The position numbers were made by a program, and so were the translations under genes. This document shows positions 59,501-64,000 of a stretch of 64,000 bases of DNA, in pieces; the first letter of the stretch is position 1; each line of letters starts with the position of its first letter. Under the pieces are notes generated by a model. It ran no database searches, had not been told where the DNA came from, and saw only the letters and a program-made list of their open reading frames with translations. Source of the stretch: an uncultured Candidatus Saccharibacteria bacterium (lineage in GTDB: Bacteria; Patescibacteriota; Minisyncoccia; Phycocordibacterales; PALSA-1337); NCBI GenBank assembly GCA_964467225.1, contig CAYXPQ010000002.1, forward strand, positions 7,901 through 71,900, in the 5' to 3' direction.

Positions 59501-62500
59501 ACGCTGAGTTCGCAATTGCAACTGCAGTTGCCTTTAGACTTGTATCATATTCATTTAATGTCCATGTATATGAATATCCAGGCGAATGATCACCAGTTGA
59601 AGGGAAATTCAACCAGTAATAGTATAATGGAGAGTCAGCAGCTTTATGATTAGCTAAATACCTTACTGAGTCTGCCGCATGGCCATTTCTATCATCATTT
59701 GGATCAAAATCTGCTTTTGTTTTATAGAAAGTTCCCCCACCTAAAGCACCTCCCTCAGTATTCCACACCCTCATACTACCTCCACTTATTACTTGAGTGT
59801 GATTTTTTAGCGTGTCATAGAAATTAGTACCCATTAATGTTGCATGAGTAGCATAATAATGAGCTGATAGAATATCCAGTTGGGAAATTAATTGATCCTT
59901 AACATCTTTATATGAATAATTCTGTCCAGGAATTAAAGAAACGGTACCTGACCAGCCCACTAATTTTGCTGAAGGATCAGCTCTGCTTGCACCTCTCTTT
60001 GCGGCTTGTACCAGTGATAAATATTCAGGACCAGTCATATGCTGGATACCATTTGATGGATCAACAGAAAAAGTCTCATTATAAATTTCCCACTCTTTAA
60101 TATCGTTTTTATAACGATCGACAATTCTATATACATAATTTTCCCAATCAGAAAGGGAATTCGGCATTGACTTACTTGTAGCACCCGCCCAAGAAGGTGT
60201 CACGCTCAAGAATCCATATGGCTGTAGTCCCATTGCTATGGTTCTATTTATTCTAAAATCTGGGAAATCAAAGACTCCCTTTGTCTTCTCAACTACCCCC
60301 CATGCCAAATCTCCATGAGGTCTAATTCTAGTTAAGCCCAATTTTTTGACCAACTTTACACTTCCAGCATTTAAATTTGAATCAATACCATAAATAGAAT
60401 CACTTGGATTGATATTTTTTTGTACAGGTATTGTTGAGAATACCTTCTCTGATTTAATTACACCATTTACCTTAGCTATTATCCTATAGTGACCTCTCAA
60501 ATTTGTACCAAAAGAGGTATTTTGTCTTACTCTTTGTTTTGATGGAACATTAAATGAAATTGATTTTTGAGAAACAATACTTCCAAAAAAGTCTTCTAGG
60601 GTCAGATCAACTGTGTCTGAAAATGTCTGATCAGAATTATTAGCTAAATATACACCAACTAAGGTGTCTGCACCCCATTGAAATGCATTAAATTCACTTT
60701 CTGGATACATACCAACTTCAATTGGATTAGTTGTATAGTTTGTTAAATTACCCTTCTCAAATTTTATAGCATCTATCAAACCAGCAAACCTTGGGTTTGT
60801 AGGGTATGGATTTTGCCATGGTGGATCACCTGGGAAGACTATCCTAATGACATATTTACCACTAGCTGATGAAGGTAGAGTAAATGTCCAGTCATACCTA
60901 TTCCATGTATTTGTAAGAGTAAATTTTGGACTTTTTGCAAGAAGAGAACCAAAGCCACCTCTACCTCTTGTAGAGTCGTATATTTGATACTCAACTTGAC
61001 CACCACCGACAATATATTTAATACTTGCACTGAGAGTATAAACAGATCCAGCATCGGCAATAACGGGCTGATATGATAATGTATTTTGATATTCACCTGT
61101 ATAAGGAGAATTGAATGGTAAATCATTTGCATTATTCACATATGGCCATTTCAAACTATACATACCATGAACAGAATCAGCAGATAATTCACTTTCAGAT
61201 ATTTTACTGCCTCCAAAACCCCAAAAATTATCTCCAGGTGTTTCAAAACTACTATTATCTAACAAATTATTATTATTTAATAATTGTAACGTTGCTCTAG
61301 TCTTTTCTGTTACAATAGTAGATTTTGCAGAAATATTATTTGAAGTGTCGTAGGCATATACAGTGTAGGAATATGATGTATCAGGACTTAAGGAAATATT
61401 TGAAAAAGTGAGATTTGTAGTGGTAGCAATATCAACACCATCTCTAGAGATCACATATCCAGCAATAGCCACATTGTCAGTACAAGCACCCCAATCCAGC
61501 TTTATTTCAGAGCTTGAAATAGCAGTAGCAATTAACCCTGTTGGAACTGTTGGTGGAGTATTATCAGTCACTGCTACAGGATTTACAGTTATTACAATAT
61601 CTGAATTTGTTGTTGCAATTGAATCCGTAGCCGTCAATCTTAAGGTATAGGTTCCAGAAGTTGAGAATGTAGCTGATGTATTCAAACTATTTGAATTAGC
61701 AAATGTAACAGTGCCAGGGCCCTGAACCATACTCCATGTAGTTGTTAGGATTGAACCACTTGGCTGACCATCATCATTTGCTGTACCACTCAAGGCAGCA
61801 TTGGCAGGCAAGGTAATTGTCTGATTACTACCAGCAGATACAGTTGGAGCTTGATTTGTTGGTGAAGAAGGTGGAGGGGATGAGGATTCTGTATAACTAT
61901 ATACTTCAGAAATTTCTGAAGATGATAATGCTCTATCATAAATCCTCACATCATCTATTAATCCATTAAATGATAGTCCCGCTGCTGTATTATGCTCCCA
62001 TCCCACAACCAAATTGAAAGAAGTATCAGGCAAAAAAGCTGGAAAATTTCCAGTATAATTTGCAGTTCTTTCAGAACCATTTATATATATTTTTGCCTTT
62101 AAAGAATTGGTTGATTGAGTTCCATCAAATACTATAGCAACATGGGTCCATGCATTAGCACTCAAAAATGAACCAGTTGTATATGCATCGACTACTGCAC
62201 CTGAAATATCTCTAGTTTGGAATCTAATATCATTAGTATCATCGGTAGCATGCACAGCCCATCCGAATGCTGCTGCTGCAGCATTCGCTTTTGTGACATG
62301 GTATGCTCTCAATTTCAAGGTAGCAGGATTGATCCAATAGGTTACAGTCATTTGCTGTAATCCATCAACAGCACCCACATCACCTACTCTTACATAATCA
62401 TTTGTACCATCAAATTGAATAGCTCCTGACCCAACTTTACCCGATGTCCAAGTAGGACCATTTATCAAACTGCCTGTATTACTCATTGCACTATCATTGG

Positions 62501-62690
62501 CTATAGTCCCTATACTTTCATCAAATTTATAATAAGCGACTAGTCCATTGCCTATAGACGACGATACCTGTGCAACTTGATAATGCACAGGTATGTCGAA
62601 ATTTGAATAGGAATAAATCAGCGTTAAAGATAATAACAAAGTAGAAAAAATCAATGCTATTCCGTATGATGTATGTATCCTCGTTTTCAA
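56538..62690 (-). CDS. Giant multidomain surface protein: LamG, PKD/Ig, FN3, clan GH-A-like glycoside hydrolase, second LamG, Ig/FN3, TSP3-like Ca-binding motif
   Basis: GLVAYYKFDE..IDDVRIYDRALS; NQAPTVSAG; DNTPPTVPTGL; WEIYNE and VWNTEGG; DTTPPTISISSP; DTDLDGVMDSSDMC. Confidence 0.85.
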   Translation of the reverse strand: MKTRIHTSYGIALIFSTLLLSLTLIYSYSNFDIPVHYQVAQVSSSIGNGLVAYYKFDESIGTIANDSAMSNTGSLINGPTWTSGKVGSGAIQFDGTNDYVRVGDVGAVDGLQQMTVTYWINPATLKLRAYHVTKANAAAAAFGWAVHATDDTNDIRFQTRDISGAVVDAYTTGSFLSANAWTHVAIVFDGTQSTNSLKAKIYINGSERTANYTGNFPAFLPDTSFNLVVGWEHNTAAGLSFNGLIDDVRIYDRALSSSEISEVYSYTESSSPPPSSPTNQAPTVSAGSNQTITLPANAALSGTANDDGQPSGSILTTTWSMVQGPGTVTFANSNSLNTSATFSTSGTYTLRLTATDSIATTNSDIVITVNPVAVTDNTPPTVPTGLIATAISSSEIKLDWGACTDNVAIAGYVISRDGVDIATTTNLTFSNISLSPDTSYSYTVYAYDTSNNISAKSTIVTEKTRATLQLLNNNNLLDNSSFETPGDNFWGFGGSKISESELSADSVHGMYSLKWPYVNNANDLPFNSPYTGEYQNTLSYQPVIADAGSVYTLSASIKYIVGGGQVEYQIYDSTRGRGGFGSLLAKSPKFTLTNTWNRYDWTFTLPSSASGKYVIRIVFPGDPPWQNPYPTNPRFAGLIDAIKFEKGNLTNYTTNPIEVGMYPESEFNAFQWGADTLVGVYLANNSDQTFSDTVDLTLEDFFGSIVSQKSISFNVPSKQRVRQNTSFGTNLRGHYRIIAKVNGVIKSEKVFSTIPVQKNINPSDSIYGIDSNLNAGSVKLVKKLGLTRIRPHGDLAWGVVEKTKGVFDFPDFRINRTIAMGLQPYGFLSVTPSWAGATSKSMPNSLSDWENYVYRIVDRYKNDIKEWEIYNETFSVDPSNGIQHMTGPEYLSLVQAAKRGASRADPSAKLVGWSGTVSLIPGQNYSYKDVKDQLISQLDILSAHYYATHATLMGTNFYDTLKNHTQVISGGSMRVWNTEGGALGGGTFYKTKADFDPNDDRNGHAADSVRYLANHKAADSPLYYYWLNFPSTGDHSPGYSYTWTLNEYDTSLKATAVAIANSAYFLDGANIKFKGYVAKGDFVDDESIVMMQFIKDTNNSVMVAWTDVPGKTVVIENNSLPAAITIYDMFGKVLGNYSSGQRFSYTLNNNPVYITVNTYDPNLVNKTFFQFGTVASNDSILISEAVNGDKNPMRVRVFGSENPSPGINDLLFAQDVANGSTITYPWDAPIRTSDSNTLMLYHFDKRAEMAETTTSVKDFSSYARNATLVNTVAGTLEYGDSYGKFAGGLKSDGTTNSKSIRIPNDLSLNNLNQFTIEMWLKSPSLNGSSRLFSKGDVSSFSLDFSPYAARIRETGREIIFQVSDGTITRERYSNIKFPADNTYHHLVFVFDGSGFQQELRKMDIYLDGKNVNGNLGGTKDTNCPTPRLTPAPACQIPAFTKSDNNNLFVLGYSGSGASFNGFIDEFVMYKKALTYSEIYNRYKLNSGKTYYWFTEFIGNTTTRTAIKNSAVNYSAPTLPEDPPPTPIVVTGQCSAILNQCVSGAFSDLPDSATQNLWSCVESNGGTNASCSFNIIAADTTPPTISISSPTNDSIIKDSVPILAIATDNIAVQSVQFKLDGVNFGGLFTQPPYSGAWNTVGVTNGNHILTAQATDINGNTAISNPVNVTIANVIVEIDSIPPIINNVAAPSVTAGETTITFQTNEPTYAQIEYGLTDSYGNSTSFSQTLVNSHSISISGLNPNTLYHYRVITKDASGNVSVSTDNTFTTRILITVDTDLDGVMDSSDMCQNTSASLRSVVNKYGCPKPKVDNFDIKPNFDQDLSYYPDFIIGKSTLGKINFRQPTKLYNDDSSIINQLDIDSNLVFSQNKVSLNSKNLPQLNKRAIITMYNVNVIKPKILKDGTPCTTCSIISFINKTLVFNVDGFSVYEVIEGGANYVPNIAPNIVYTPIKAGLGTIVPTVKQVNIKVTPVKNTSTNNPTGVSTKNIKSTNPTPDKMTDYIFNDDSEYFNFDPLSYNDVFVQYIKGILNKIAEFIKQIPVRILSGVKQII

Positions 62691-62772
62691 GATAATTTAT
62701 TAAAATTGTTTAATAAATTATAACATTGAATCAACAATAATTTTAGATTGATATGTTGATAAAAAATTAAAA

Positions 62773-64000
62773 TTAATAGCTTTCTTCTTCCTTTGGCCTT
62801 ACATCTTCAATCATTCTGTTCTTAACACTTCCAATAAAGCCAGAACCTGCTGGAATTAACCTACCTATAATGACATTTTCCATTAGTCCAATCAGATTAT
62901 CTTCTCCACCTCTTACAGCACTATTTATTAGTACTTTTGTTGTATCTTGGAATGAAGCAGCTGACAAGAAGCTCTTTCTTGATAGAGAAACTTTTGTTAT
63001 ACCCATTACTACTGGTATAGCCTTAGCAACTTCTCCATCATTCTTCTTTACTCTTTCATTCTCTTCTCTTAATTGTAATTCATCTACAATCATACCTTCT
63101 GCAAGATTTGTATCGCCTGCATTCTCCACTCTTCTTCTTGAGAACATTTGTTTAACAATAATTTCAATATGCTTTCGTGCTACGGTTTCTCCTTGAAGTT
63201 CATAGATCTTTGCAATTTCACCGATAACATAATCCTTTGCTCTTTCAGCACCTCCAAAATCGAATACTTCATCTATATCTGCTGATCCATCTGTTAATAG
63301 ATCTCCTTTATGAACTGTATCTCCAACTCTTACTAGAGCTGTTCTCTTAACATGGAATAGATACTCAACCTCGCTTGCCTTTTTACCCTTTGCTCTATCT
63401 TCTAATTCTGGCATCACTCTTATAACCTTCTCTTTACCAAGATCCTTTACTTCTGTGACTGCACCATCAACTGTAGCAACTACAGCAGGATTCTTTGGTC
63501 TTCTCTTCTCAAATATTTCTTCAACTCTTGGAAGACCTTGAGTAATATCTCCACCCACAGAAGCTGTACCTCCGGCATGGAATGTTCTCATCGTTAGCTG
63601 TGTTCCTGGTTCACCGATAGCTTGTCCAGCTACTGTACCTACTGCCTCGCCGATTTCTACTAGTTTATTCTTTCCTAGATCAGCTCCATAACATTGAGCA
63701 CATACACCTTGTATACTCTTACATGAAAGAGGAGATCGGACTTTAACTATAGTTATTCCACTCTCTTCGATTTGCATCGCTTCAAGCTTAGTTAGTAAAT
63801 GATTTTTCTTAAATAGGACCTTTCCTTTATCATCAACAAGATCTTCAGCCAATACTCTTCCTCTAATATTCTTAGATAATGGGATATTAATTCCCGAAGC
63901 TGTTTGTTTCTTTATTACAATAAAATCTTTTGTACCACAATCATCTTCATTAATCATCACATCTTGAGCCACAACGAAAAGCTTTCTTGTAAGATAACCA
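62773..64000 (-). CDS. rpoC: RNA polymerase beta' subunit, C-terminal part (runs off the window)
   Basis: GQAIGEPGTQLTMRTFH, DITQGLPRVEE, SAASFQDT, GLMENVIIGRLIPAG. Confidence 0.98.
   Translation of the reverse strand, partial: GYLTRKLFVVAQDVMINEDDCGTKDFIVIKKQTASGINIPLSKNIRGRVLAEDLVDDKGKVLFKKNHLLTKLEAMQIEESGITIVKVRSPLSCKSIQGVCAQCYGADLGKNKLVEIGEAVGTVAGQAIGEPGTQLTMRTFHAGGTASVGGDITQGLPRVEEIFEKRRPKNPAVVATVDGAVTEVKDLGKEKVIRVMPELEDRAKGKKASEVEYLFHVKRTALVRVGDTVHKGDLLTDGSADIDEVFDFGGAERAKDYVIGEIAKIYELQGETVARKHIEIIVKQMFSRRRVENAGDTNLAEGMIVDELQLREENERVKKNDGEVAKAIPVVMGITKVSLSRKSFLSAASFQDTTKVLINSAVRGGEDNLIGLMENVIIGRLIPAGSGFIGSVKNRMIEDVRPKEEESY

Noticed and set aside
575-63196. Numerous short ORFs antisense or out of frame to identified genes (e.g. 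575..814, 10028..10450, 26486..26911, 38726..39196, 41373..41594, 62870..63196)
   Set aside because: They are fully overlapped by well-supported genes and show no recognisable motifs.

Overview
AT-rich bacterial chromosome segment, mostly housekeeping genes on the minus strand. Gene content and style point to a Patescibacteria/CPR (Parcubacteria-like) genome using code 11: short IF-2 and S1, frameshift-free prfB, a tandem pilin-like array and a giant surface protein. The taxon is an inference. Recognisable genes include hppA (partial), lexA, murF-ftsI-ftsL-rsmH-mraZ, lysS, greA, mrdA-mreC-mreB, proS, a cold-shock gene, an apbE/FMN-binding/DoxX cluster, pyrG, ftsEX, prfB, infB, rbfA, gyrA, rpsA, truB, hisS, a UvrD-like helicase, rpoD, dnaG, rpoC (partial) and 7 tRNAs. 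No CRISPR array, integrase or transposase was seen. The most interesting signals are non-coding. (1) Downstream of a HEPN-motif gene lies a tRNA-Ala/tmRNA-like RNA (G3:U70, T-arm, 12-nt anticodon-position loop) locked in a 26-bp stem. It is followed by a separately promoted ~65-nt sRNA whose 5' seed is complementary to that loop. (2) The same 11-bp-periodic TTAAGA box and promoter geometry precedes this RNA and, 41 kb away, a RelE/PBECR-like nuclease that also has its own convergent structured sRNA. A solo MazF likewise faces a convergent structured transcript. (3) Two non-alignable orphan ORFs share an identical 32-nt leader (predicted H-type pseudoknot) and an identical 48-nt trailer hairpin. 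Other orphan genes share the same promoter type and a hairpin plus boxA-like leader, suggesting a cassette-like expression framework. All RNA structures and promoters were derived by eye and are untested.
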